Position numbers and translations under genes: made by a program. Source: Octopus vulgaris (taxonomy: Eukaryota). From it: a DNA stretch of 64,000 nucleotides. How positions within the stretch are numbered: position 1 is the stretch's first letter; each line of letters begins with the position of its first letter. Shown here in pieces: positions 13,227 through 24,732 of the stretch. Where the stretch lies: NCBI GenBank assembly GCA_951406725.2, contig OX597829.1:52328001-52392000 (forward strand). Reading direction: 5' to 3'. The notes beneath the pieces were generated by a model. That model saw only the letters and a program-made list of their open reading frames with translations, had not been told where the DNA came from and ran no database searches.

Positions 13227-13236
<10 letters not shown>
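12961..13236. repeat. Very AT-rich fold-back hairpin inserted in the (TA)n of a SINE
   Basis: Arms 12961-13097 and 13108-13236 with a 10-nt loop. Confidence 0.88.
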
Positions 13237-13273
<37 letters not shown>

Positions 13274-13990
13274 ATGTTTGTGTGTCTGTGTTTGTTCCCC
13301 TCACCATCATGACCACAGTCAAGTGACCAAAACAAGAAAAAGGATACCAAACCCTTTCTTATTATCTGAGAGTAAAGAATTTATTTATTTCTAGTTAGGT
13401 TTTTAATGTTTCATAATGAACTTACTCATGAACCATTTGGCTTATTGGTTATATTTTAACCTTTCTGCATTTAAACTAGCCATATCAGGTCCAAGTATGC
13501 TACCTGTTTTACAGTCAATCCAGCTAGATCCAGCTTCCCACACCTACCCTACAATGTTATTCTAAAATAAACAACCTCGTCACTGAAATCTCAAAGCTAT
13601 GAGATAATGCATGATTAATTCCAAAACATTGGATGAATAAGGATGACACTTGACAGAATAATCTGTGAATGCTAAAAGGTTAAACTGGCCTGGCCTAAAT
13701 ATTTTACTTGTTTTATGTTCAAACTTTCCAAATCCAACCTCTCATACTTATCCTACAATGTCTTTCTACGAATAAACAAACACATCATTGAAATCTCAGT
13801 TATGAGTTAATGCATGATTAATTCAGAACAATGTGAATAAATAACCATAATATTTGGGAGAATAGTCTGTGATTGTTAAAGGGTTCATTTTATTTTCAGA
13901 GAAACTTTTATGCACCAATGTATTTATTAATGCAATTTAAAGTTTTAATAAATTTTTTTTTCTTTTTTTTTTTTTTCCTTTTGTTGCCAG

Positions 13991-14167
13991 ATTGCTAACA
14001 AATGTGGTGTCTCTGCCCATGATGTCCACAACGTGATTATCTGGGGGAACCATTCCTCTACCCAATACCCAGACATTTCCCACGCAACTGTAAAATTATC
14101 ATCTGGGACAAAGTCAGTTAAAGATGCTGTTAAGGATGATAAATATTTGAAGAATGATTTCTTAAAG
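13991..14167 (+). CDS. MDH1: MDH1 coding exon
   Basis: poly-T/gccag acceptor and gtatca donor; 177 nt; [59 protein letters not shown] (catalytic His in WGNHS). Confidence 0.98.
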
Positions 14168-15224
14168 GTATCAACTAATCTTTGTCTTTGTCATTGTCAT
14201 TTAACCTAATCTCAGTCCTGATCAGCTGACATAGGATCAAAAGCATCCCAGCGATGACCATTCCAGGTTTTTCTTTTTGGGGTGGGGGTGATTTTTAAAA
14301 TTGTATCTTGGATTACATTATTGATGAATCATTCCTTCTTTTATAAAAAAAAAACCCAGTAGGATGTGACTTAACCCTTTCGTTACCAACCCAGCCAAAA
14401 CCGGCTCTGGCTCAGTAGTACAAATGTCTTGTTTTCATGAGTTTTGAATTAAAATCTTCCACCAAACCTCAGTCACAATTTATGTTCCTAACACTAGCTT
14501 AATGATAACTTAGTTATTTTACTAAATTCTTTGTTATATTTAAAATAATTGAAAGAAACACAGAGCATCTCAACAGAAATACAGTAACGAAAGAGTTAAG
14601 AAAGGGGGTTTGGCTGCTATTTCTAGGAAGTCAAAGAACCATGTAGAATGGCAGTTTGCAGTACCTTGTCATCCTATCTCCCTACACACAGGTATACATC
14701 ACTCTTGTTTAAGCTTCAAAGGATATCTTGCTGTGCACTCCTATAACAACTGTTTATAACAACCTAGATTGTTGTGATTTCCACTCCTATTTGGAGACCA
14801 CTGATGTAACGACTCCAGCACCTTCTAATTATTGAATTGTATTGACACAGTATATTTTTTGTATGTATTTATTTATTCAATCTCATTGTAGTTTTTATTG
14901 TTGTAAGTGATGGGAGCAGGTTGTTGTTAGAGGTAATAAAATTTGAACAATTAAATGTCCATATGATACTAATCATATGAGCTATTAACCTCATTTCTTT
15001 TTCTTTTGAGATGAAACATTCTTTTGTTTTTTTTTTGTTTTTAAGGATTCATCTCTAAAAATAAGAGATGCATCTTTGGCTGTGTGGTTAAGAAGTTTGC
15101 TTTCCAACTATGTGATTTTGGGTTCAGTTTCACTGCATGTCCCCTGGGCTGTAGTAGAAGTGCCTTCTACTATTGCACAGGGTCAACCAAAGCTTTGTGA
15201 ATAAAATAATAATAATAATAATAA

Positions 15225-15440
15225 TAATTGTGTACAGTGCTCAGGTGCACTACAACTCATCTAAAGTGTATATATAATCAGGTGAAGTTTCGGCGGATTT
15301 CGGAAAGCATGAGGGCCTTAAAAGATGCAGTGTCATGGCAGTCAACAACTGACGCAGGCAGTTTATTCCATGCTTCAGCAACTCTGAGCGTGAAAAAATG
15401 TTTCCGAAAGTCATGGGAGCTGTGTTGTTTTCTGACTTTG
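15225..15440 (-). mobile_element. CR1-type LINE 3' fragment inserted into a SINE
   Basis: Minus strand encodes HFFTLRVAEAWNKLP, a typical CR1 ORF2 C-terminus; (TTA)n tail; short tail copies at ~34945 and ~36645. Confidence 0.65.
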
Positions 15441-15622
15441 AATGGATTTGGCAGACAGAAAATGAAAGAAGCTTGTATGTGTGTGTGTTAACACACACAC
15501 ACACCTATATATATATATACATACAGTTAATCCTAACAAGAAAACACAAAAAAAAACGCAGCAACGCGAGGACGTGGAACAAATAAAGTATTATTGGATG
15601 CTCAGGAAAGAAGGGAAGGAGG

Positions 15623-15657
15623 GTTTAACGTTTCGAGCGGAGCTCTTCGTCGGAAAC
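15623..15657 (-). ncRNA. Minimal type I hammerhead-like motif (U4C core variant)
   Basis: Minus strand: gttt CCGACGA a gagc tcc gctc GAAA c GTT aaac; stems I and II pair perfectly. Confidence 0.6.
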
Positions 15658-15678
15658 AAAGGAGAAGGGAAGACAGAC

Positions 15679-15723
<45 letters not shown>

Positions 15724-17052
15724 TACACACATTGTGTGTGTAGTGTTGTCTAGACATCAGATGGCAGTTGTAAATAAGCATCTTCGTCATACAAGCAATG
15801 TTCTTTGTTACCAGTCTTCTGTGAAACACATGTCTAGCCATAGGGAAATATTACCTTGATTAGAAACAGGTGATGGCTGGCAATATCCATTCATTGGAAA
15901 TCTGCCACAGCAAATTCCACCCTGCCCATAAAAGAAAGCAAATGTCGACATTCAAATGGTGATGATAGTAAGAGTTTATACATTTAAACTAGATTATTTC
16001 GCTGTTATTACTCAGGAATTTATCATTGCTTTCACACTTTTAAGTCACTTTGAAGAACATGCTGAAAAAATGTATTATAAATTACAGTAATCTGCAGTAA
16101 CCATGCAAAGTCCTTTGCATGAACCTGTTCTGCCCCACTCTGCCATATTAATGTGTTAATATGAAGCTGACCCCCCACTTCCTACCCAGGGTTCATAATC
16201 CTGCAAATTGCATGGCAGCCTCAGATGTGCAGGTGGCATGAATAAAAGGCATGCTGTAAATTTGTTGCTATTAGGAAGGGTATTACAACTGTAGGAACCA
16301 TGCCAAAACAGATACGGGAGCTCACTGCAGTCCTTGGACCCATCACATCCTGTCCAACATCCGACCCATGCTGGCATGGAACGTGGATGTTTGACGATGA
16401 TGATGATAAATCAGTTTGGTTTAACCCTTTAGTGTTTAAACCGGCCACATCCGGCCCAAATATTCTATGTTTTATATTCAAACTGGCGATATCTGGCCTC
16501 TCACACCTAATCTACATTGACATTTTAAATATAACCAATCACATCATTGAAACCTCAAAGCTATAAGATAATACAGGATTAATTAAAAACAATTTGAGTA
16601 AAAAAATATTACATTTAACAGAGTAATCTGAACACTAAAGGGTTAAACCTGTGGAGTTACTCAAAATGGTTCTTATAAAAATCCATGACGACACTGAAAA
16701 TGGCATGTTTTGTTAAGAAAACAGGTATTTGATTGGAATGAATTGAATTATGAAAGAATAAGGCAGTGAGATGGCAGAAATGTTAGGCACGCCTGGCAAA
16801 ATATTTAACGGTATTTTGTCTGTCGCTACGTTCTGAGTTCAAATTCTGCCGAGGTTGACTTTGCCTGTCATCCTTTCGGGATTGATAAATTAAATACTAG
16901 TTATGTACTGGGGTCAATGTAATCGACTTAATCCCTTTGTCTGTCCTTGTTTGTCCCCTCTATGTTTGGCTCCTTGTTGGCAATAAAAAGAAAAAGAAAG
17001 AATATATTCGATTCTTAATTGGTGTTCTCTCTCTCTCTCTCTCTCTTTTCAG

Positions 17053-17166
17053 TGTGTTCAAGAGCGTGGAGCTGCAGTTATTAAAGCCAGAAAATTGTCG
17101 AGTGCAATGTCTGCTGCTAAAGCTATTTGTGATCATGTCCATGATTGGTGGCATGGAGTGCCAAAG
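17053..17166 (+). CDS. MDH1: MDH1 coding exon
   Basis: (CT)n-ttttcag acceptor and gtaagc donor; 114 nt; [38 protein letters not shown]. Confidence 0.98.
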
Positions 17167-17542
17167 GTAAGCCTTTTGAGACCATATTTCTTTTGATAGT
17201 GACTTTGTGTTTCAATGAATTATGAAAATAATCAAGAATGGAGAGAGATTTAGTTTTAAAAAAGCCATGTTAGTGGATTTGGTAGATGGAAACTGAAAAA
17301 AAGACCATCGTGAGTGTGCCTTTGTGTCTGTGGTTGCCCCCACTCCTCCCATCACTGCTTGACAACCGGTGTTGGTGTGCTTGTGTCCCCATAACTTAGT
17401 GGTTCAGCAAAACAAACTGGTAGAATAAGTACCAGGCTTAAAAAGTAAGTTCTAGGGTTGATTCATCCAATTAAAGTTCAAAGCAGTGCCCCAGCATGGC
17501 CGCAGACTAATGACTGAAACAAATAAAAGTATATAAATATAT

Positions 17543-17732
17543 AGGGAGAGTTTACGAAAAACACAAAAGACGAAGACAGGTGGTGTACAAAACAAACAAA
17601 TGTATTAGTATAATGCTCAGGAATAGAAAAAGTCTTTTACGTTTCGAGCCTACGCTCTTCTACAGAAAGGTACACAGAAAAAAACAAGGAGAGAAAAAAA
17701 ATGCGTGTAGTGGCTTACGATCTATCATGGCG
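17543..17732 (-). mobile_element. ~185-bp microsatellite-targeted repeat with hammerhead-like motif (17634-17669); copies at ~37622-37823 and ~39705-39900
   Basis: Three similar copies, each next to (TA)n; minus strand cttt CTGT(A/C)GA a gagc gtag gctc GAAA c GTA aaag. Confidence 0.65.
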
Positions 17733-19551
17733 TCTGTTTTAAGTTCAAAGGTTTTTTGACGTCGTGGCGTATTGCAAGTATTTCTCATCAAGAGTAGAGT
17801 CCACTGTGATCCGTGTGTAGGAGAGGTGCAGCCGGAGAGTAAAAATCCAAACGAGAATCCATAAATGGTAGATAAAGAGTAGATATATATATATATATTA
17901 TCGACCACACATACACTGTATGTATGTTTGCTGGTTTGCTGCCGTACAGCACTCTGGAGTTGACTCCGTCATAACACTGAATGTTAAAACAACTGAAAAT
18001 CACAGACAGGCAACACAACTCACTTCCTGTCATATCCAGGTGTGATAGATACCAATATTTTTTGCTATTTTTGTGGCTTATCAACATTATGTAACTGAAT
18101 TGAACTGGGGACGAACTGAATCGCCAACCCATGACTACGTATAAATAGTGTAAGAATATATGTATATATATATATATATATATGGATGTATGTATTTACT
18201 CTTATTTGTATTTGTAATTTATGTGCTAAATCAAAAGCATATTTTTTTGAGTTTAATTTGTTGACCTACAGTATTGTATGTATGTGATTCAATTGAAAGA
18301 AAATAATTAATAGGTATAAACGCAGGAGTGGCTATGTGGTAAGTAGCTTGTTTACCAACCACATGGTTCCGGGTTCAGTCCCACTGCATGGCACCTTGGG
18401 CAGGTGTCTTCTACTATAGCCTCGTGAGTGGATTTGGTAGACGGAAACTGAAAGAAGCCCATCGTGTATGTGTATATATATATATGTGTGTTTGTGTGTC
18501 TGTGTTTGTCTCCCTAGCATTGCTTGACAACCGATGCTGGTGTGTTTATGTCCCCGTTACTTAGTGGTTCGGCAAAAGAGACCGATAGAATAGGTACTGG
18601 GCTTACAAAAGAATAAACCCCGGGGTCAAGTTGCTCGATTAAAGGCGGTGCTCCAGCATGGCCGCAGTCAAATGACTGAAACAAGTAAAGGAGTAAAAGA
18701 GAGTTACCAGCACCGCCTTACTGGCACCTGTGCCGGTGGCATGTGTAAAAAGATTCGAGCGAGGTCGTTGCCAGTACCGCCTGACTGGCCCCCGTGCTGT
18801 TGGCACATAAACACTCACTACACTCTCGGAGTGGTTGGCGTTAGGAAGGGCATCCAGCTGTAGAAACTCTGCCAGATCAAGATTGGAGCCTGGTGCAGCC
18901 ATCTGGTTTGCCAGTCCTCAGTCAAAATCGTCCAACCCATGCTAGCATGGGAAGCGAACGTTAAACGATGATGATGATGATGCATGGCTGTGTGGTTAAG
19001 AAATTTGATTCCCAACCATGCAGTCCTGGGTTTAGTCCCACTTCATCGTGCTTTGGACAGCTGTCTTCTATTATAGTCCTGGGCAGATCAATGCCTTGTG
19101 AATGGATTTGGTAGATGGAAACTGAAAGAGGTCCCTTTTGCATATTGCATGCATGTGTGTGTGTGTGTGTGTGTGTTTGAGTGCACCCTTGTCTTGACAT
19201 CATGAGATTAATTGTCTTCAAGAATTACTGTCATACAAGTGATATTGTTCATTTCCAAACTTACATGAAAAACATGTCTGGTTGGGGAGGAATATTCATC
19301 TTACCTGGAAACAGGTGAGGGTCGACAACTTGAAGGGCATCTGGCTATAGAAAACTGCCTCAACAAATTCTGTCTGACTTGTGCAAGTATGGAAGAGTGG
19401 ACATTAAACAACAACGAATTACTAGAAAATTAATTTTATAATTTTCAAATTTAATATTGCTTTTGTAGGGGTTATGAAAAGGAAAAATTTTGCAGGGTCA
19501 TAGGATATATGAAAGATTAGGAACCATTGATGTAGAATCTCCATTATTGTT

Positions 19552-19859
19552 GGGGCACATAGCCTAGTGGTTAGAGCAGTGGATTTGCGGTCAAGGGATC
19601 GCAGGTTCGAATCTCAGACCAAGTGAAGTGTGTGTTTATGAGTGAAACACCGAAGCTCCATGTGGCTCTGGCAGAAGGTAATGGTGAACTTCTGCTGACA
19701 CTTTCGCCACAACTTTCTCTCACTCTTTCCTCCTGCATCTCGCAGCTCACCTGCGATGGACCGGCGTCCCATCCAGGTGGGGAACGTATACGCCAAAGAA
19801 ACTGGGAAACTGACCCTTATGAGCCAGGCATGGCTCGAGAAGGAACAAACAACAACAAT
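19552..19859 (+). mobile_element. tRNA-derived SINE (family D)
   Basis: A box tagcctagtggtt, B box ggttcgaatc, central ctgcgatggaccggcgtcccatccagg domain, (CAA)n tail. Confidence 0.8.
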
Positions 19860-20140
19860 CTCCATTATTAACTCGTGAAGTAATGTCAAAGTTGAAGCAG
19901 AGCAGCTGTTAACAGATGTCGTTTCTTGCCTTCCTTTAGTTTTGTTTTTGTCTAAATCATATTTCACAATGTTTTCTACTTCAAGGAATCTTTGACATAC
20001 AATTTGTGTCTACAAGTATGTTTCATGACTAACTTTGATTTAAAAATTTTAAATAAAAAATAAAGTGTTTCCAATGTTTTCTGGACACACAATTAGTTTT
20101 TAAATTTTAATAAAATAAAGTTTTCTTTTGTTCATTTCAG

Positions 20141-20350
20141 GGTAATTATGTATCAATGGCTGTTTGTTCAGATGGTTCCTATGGTATTGAAAAGGGTCTC
20201 ATGTTCAGTTTTCCGGTGACTACCCATTCTGATCATACTTATGAAATTGTCCAAGACTTGGCTATTGATGACTTTTCCAGATCTAAACTGGATATAACTC
20301 TCAAAGAACTTCTCGATGAAAGAGATCTTGCTTTGAGTGTTTGTGAATGA
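20141..20350 (+). CDS. MDH1: MDH1 last coding exon
   Basis: catttcag acceptor; 210 nt; [72 protein letters not shown]; exons sum to 332 aa if a single upstream ATG is added. Confidence 0.97.
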   Translation, partial: [69 protein letters not shown]

Positions 20351-20371
20351 CTGTTTGATCCTAAATTGTAA
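20348..20371 (+). other. MDH1: Candidate stop-codon readthrough extension X-LFDPKL with PTS1-like C-terminus
   Basis: TGA CTG TTT GAT CCT AAA TTG TAA, in frame with the CDS. Confidence 0.65.
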
Positions 20372-20781
20372 CCTTGCCTTAGACAAATATCTTGTGAAAA
20401 ATATGATATTTTTAGATATCCTTTAGTTTACACAGCTACATCTTTATAATTTGATTCACAAAGAAAATATTTCTCTGATAAAAAATTAATTTTTTTAAAG
20501 ATTTGCCCTGAAACTCAAGTCCTTAGGTTAAATTTTCTGTATCTGATTCAATAGATTAAGTGATTGTGCTAATTGTTTTGGCAAAATGATGTCCCTATCA
20601 AGAAGTAGATATTTTTAAAATGAAGAATAAGGTATATATTATGGTAAAACTGTTTCAGAACAAGAATCGATCAAAAAGTAAAATTAAAAATAAAGAATAA
20701 AACGTTAAAAAAAAAAATGAAAACGGTTTATTGATCTGAAGAATAACATATTGAAATTTTGCTTGTAATTCATGTCTTCAG

Positions 20782-20787
20782 AATAAA
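20782..20787 (+). promoter_or_regulatory. Probable MDH1 polyadenylation signal
   Basis: AATAAA about 430 nt after the stop, followed by a T/GT-rich tract; alternative AATAAA hexamers near 20689-20701. Confidence 0.45.
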
Positions 20788-21774
20788 TATTTGTAACAGA
20801 ATTCTATACTGTATTCTTGTTTTATACATTACACTTGCACATACATACATAAGCAAATAAATAAACCGTTTTTCCATGCTTGGTTGGGGGTGAGTCTCAC
20901 AGAGACTCTAAGATCCTTTGTCATTTGGGATATGGCAGCAGAGGAAACCAATCCTAGTTGTGTATATGATTTTATGATCAGCTTCCTTTATTTTACAGCA
21001 TAGACTCTATGCATTTTATCATACTACTGGCACTGAAAAGATTGTCTGTGACATGAGTAGATAGCCCCTTCTTAATAACTGAATAAAAGGGGAAAAAAAG
21101 CAAAACCAAATTTTATTCAGTTATTTGCTCCTAGCTGGTTTGTCTGCTCTGAGACTTGTGCAGTCCATTGTCTCTTCCATTCATTCCTTTCATATTGCCA
21201 ACCCCACTCACTGGTCATTGTTCTAAAATTAGAGAAAAGCTTCCGTAAGAAAGACGCGTTAACAAACTTGCATCAGAATGTCAGTGTATCTCTACTGAGT
21301 GACTTCAACCTGCCTTAGCCTCAAATGGCCAAAAAGACTACCTTCTCTCTGGAATTCACAGTATGATGACAAACAATCTTCACTTGACCTCATTGTTATT
21401 CAAGTCATTGGAATAAATGGTCCACTGCAGATGCAAAGGCAACAAAAGTAATTTGAAAATTATGATATAATGGTGACTCTTAAGTTCTTTTCTCCAACCA
21501 CATCATCATCATCATCATCATCGTTTAACATCCGCTTTCCATGCTGGCATGGGTTGGATGGTTTGACTGAGGACTGACAAGCCAGGAGGCTGCACCAGGC
21601 TCCAATCTGATCTGGCAATGATTCTACAGCTGAGAGTGTAGTGGTTGCATTTCACATGCCACCGGCACAAGTGTCAATCAGATGGTACTGGCATCAACCG
21701 TGCTTTTTACATGCCACCAATATGGGAGCCAGTCAGGCAGTGTAAAATTAATGATGTGCAGGCCAAGAGAAAAT

Positions 21775-21973
21775 GTTCAGAACTGCCAAAAATGTATACA
21801 CACTTCAGGAAAGGAAAAATCTTTATAAACGTTTTTATTTAGTGTTATCACAGTTTGACAAAACATGGAAAGTGGCATCTATATTTATTGAGGTACTTAT
21901 TTATACAAGTTAGATATTTATACAGATTTTTCCTTTCCTGAAGTGTGCAAACATTTTTTTGGTGAACTCTGTA
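21775..21973. mobile_element. Degenerate Tc1/mariner-type MITE
   Basis: cacacttcaggaaaggaaaaatct / agatttttcctttcctgaagtgtg inverted arms, ctgta end. Confidence 0.6.
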
Positions 21974-22329
21974 TTAGTATGTTTAGCGTGAATTCTAATG
22001 GGAAGAAATTTCAGTTGAGGATGCAAGGGCTGTAATCTAAGGGCTAAAACCAAAGCCGTAGCAAATAGGAAAAGGGACAAATCTAAAATCCCTCTAGGGA
22101 GATGGCCTTATTCAGGATGTGGGAAAGATACTGGTAGAAACTCCATACAGTGTACCCACGATGGTTGAATGGTTTGGCCAGCTAGGGAGCTGTCTTGGTT
22201 CCATTCGTCTATTTTGGAATGGATGCATAAGAGATGTGGTGTATCATGGGAAGGTTAACAAAAAGGACCCTTTGTGTGGGTATAATAAATACTAAGAATG
22301 TACAGAGAATAGATTTCCTGAAATGTCTG

Positions 22330-22850
22330 GGGGTTCCTTAGCAGACAGCTTCCATTACCTAGGTAACTGAATAGTGGAGAAGGAAGTTCTAGAATAAGAA
22401 TGGTTGGGCAAAGTTCAGAGAGCTTCTACCTTTATTGGTAACTAAGGGCCTCTCCCTCAGAGTGAATGACAAATTGTATGATGCCTGTGTATGTACAGCT
22501 ATGCTACACAGCAATGAAACGAGTTGTGACTACAGAGGACTTGTGAAGGTTTGAAAGAAATGAAGCCAGCATGCTCAACTGGATGGGTGATGCCAGTGTG
22601 CAAATAAGATAGAGTGTAATTGTCTTGAGAGAAAAATTGGGTACAAGAGGCATCGGCTGTAATGTACAAGAGAGGAAACTGCGCTGGTTTGATCATGGGG
22701 TGTATATGGATGAGGACAGCTGCATATAGAAGTGCTAAGGGAACATGTGGAAAATCCAGGAAGATGTGAGACAAAGTAGAGAGAGATCTTCAGATGGGCC
22801 TTATAGAGGAGATTCCTGGTAATTTGCTGTGCTTGAGAAGACCTGACAAG
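22330..22850 (+). pseudogene. Degraded RTE-clade LINE 3' fragment
   Basis: Homologous to 38580-39240 (F-x-YLG, KFRELLPLL, RKLRW) with frameshifts. Confidence 0.7.
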
Positions 22851-23685
22851 TTTAGTAAAAGTGTAGCTGTCCATACATATAGGTATATCCTCTACATCCT
22901 TTTCTCAGCCCAGAGGTTCTTCCTTTGAGAGCTCACAGGTGCTGCTGTCACATGAAATGCGTGCTAGTGTCATGTAATGGCACTGTGCCGGTGCCATGTA
23001 AAATTCCCCATGCCAATGCCATGTAAAAGCGCTCTTGTCGGTGCCACATAAGAAGCACCCAGTGAAGTGGTTGTTATTAGGAAGGGCATCTAGTTGTAGA
23101 AACCATTTCAAAATAGACGAATAGAACCTGGACAGCTCCCCAGCTGGCCAAACCGTTCAACCAATGTCATCATGGAAAGCAGACGTTAAATAATGGTGAT
23201 GGAACTGTTCTGAAACCATCTGTATGCAAACAACAGGCATGGATGATTAGGAAGTTAGTTAGTGTCCTAACTAACTTTGTGGTTTCAGATTCAATAATAC
23301 TTACTTAGTACCTTGGGCAAATGATTTCTGTCATTGATTCAGATACCACTACACATTTTTTCGTCAGCTCGTTGTCCTAAAAAAGATAGAAAAATTTTTA
23401 AAAAATGATTTCACGTTCGCTTTCCATGTTGGTATGGGTTGGATGGTCTGACAGTAGAAGTCAGAAGACGAATATAAATAATAAAAACAAAGATGGCAGA
23501 ATCGTTAACACGTCGGACAAAATGCTTAACGGCATTTCGTCCGTTTTTACGTTCTGAGTTCAAATTCTGCCAGGAACGACTTTGCCTTTAATCCGTTTGA
23601 GACTGGTATAATAGATACCAGTCGATGTAATCGACATACCTCTTTCCCGAAATTGCTGGACTTGTACCAAAATCTGAAGCGAATA

Positions 23686-23985
23686 TCTTTATATATAAAA
23701 GTAAGGTTGTGTGTCTGTCTCCTACGATTTAGATTCCTAACTACTCCCACATTTTGCGGTGCAGTGTAACCAAAAGCGGGTATCTTATAGTCGTGATTCA
23801 TATCGAGCCCTTCTGGGTATTAGCGCGCGTCTACGATGAGTCTACGATTAAAAAAAAAATTTACCATAATTTTTTCCCATTTTTAATGCAATTTTTTTGC
23901 TATTATATAAGGGAAGTAACTCTCTAAAAATGCTTATATAGTTTTTTCCCTTACAAACCCGAGCAACGCCGGGCGATACTGCTAG
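23686..23985 (+). mobile_element. Non-autonomous Helitron (300 bp)
   Basis: 5' A|TC start, subterminal hairpin cccgagcaacgccggg, CTAG|T 3' end, no TSD. Confidence 0.8.
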
Positions 23986-24354
23986 TGTATAATAAAAGAA
24001 AATAAGCAGTCGTTTGTATCTTTTTTTCTTTCTAAATTTTTTATTTGAAACCTGTATTTATTTTTCATTGATGTATGCCATCGATATTTTCTTTTATCTG
24101 CAGTAAACCACTAAGTCAGTTTTAAGAATCACTGCAAATGCATTGTGATCTGAGAGTGGATTCCTATTTCTAGCAAGCGACCATTTCCAACAACAGGAGC
24201 TGACAAAATCATAAGCAGAGTATACTGAGATGGAAAGAGTTGTGTACCTTGCCAACAAAAACACTTTGGTTTTATTCCTTTCCTTTCCTTCCTCCCTTCC
24301 TTCCTTTCCTATGCTTTTCTTATGAAGACACCAGAGGTTCAATAGTATCAACCA

Positions 24355-24732
24355 CTAGCAGTATCGCTCGGGTTTGTTTCGACCCTTTAGAATTGGAATT
24401 TTTGAAAAGTAAAACTTTTGCATTATGTAGCTTGTTATTCTCTTTAAGTGAACATTTTTCTGGTTGAAATACACCGAAAAATGGCGACACAGCAGTCAAA
24501 AAACCGTAAAAAATAGGGATTTTCATAGAAAAAAAGCACCTTTTTGGTGTAAATAATTTTTGGTGTTAACATGGTCCGATTTGAATTTTTTCTTCTACGG
24601 AAGGAAGAGCAAGCCTTCTTCTATCATACTCTCAATTTTGGTCAACTAGCGCCACAGGGTCTCGGAAGAGACAGTGTTAATTGAAGGCTACCAAACCTGC
24701 CATACACAGGCAACTTCAGCTTTATATAGAGA
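24355..24732 (-). mobile_element. Non-autonomous Helitron (second, convergent)
   Basis: Minus strand A|TCTCTATATAAA start and cccgagcgatactgCTAG|T end shared with the 23686-23985 element; hairpin partly deleted. Confidence 0.72.

Noticed and set aside
19552-19625. tRNA gene
   Set aside because: A and B boxes are present, but the acceptor stem is poor and the sequence continues into a SINE body and (CAA)n tail.
20348-20350. Selenocysteine decoding of the MDH1 TGA
   Set aside because: No convincing SECIS seen in the 3' UTR, and the TGA lies at the normal MDH1 C-terminus.
20734-20782. CTGAAGA..GAAA hammerhead-like string in the MDH1 3' UTR
   Set aside because: No G-C closing pair in stem II and no stem I pairing.
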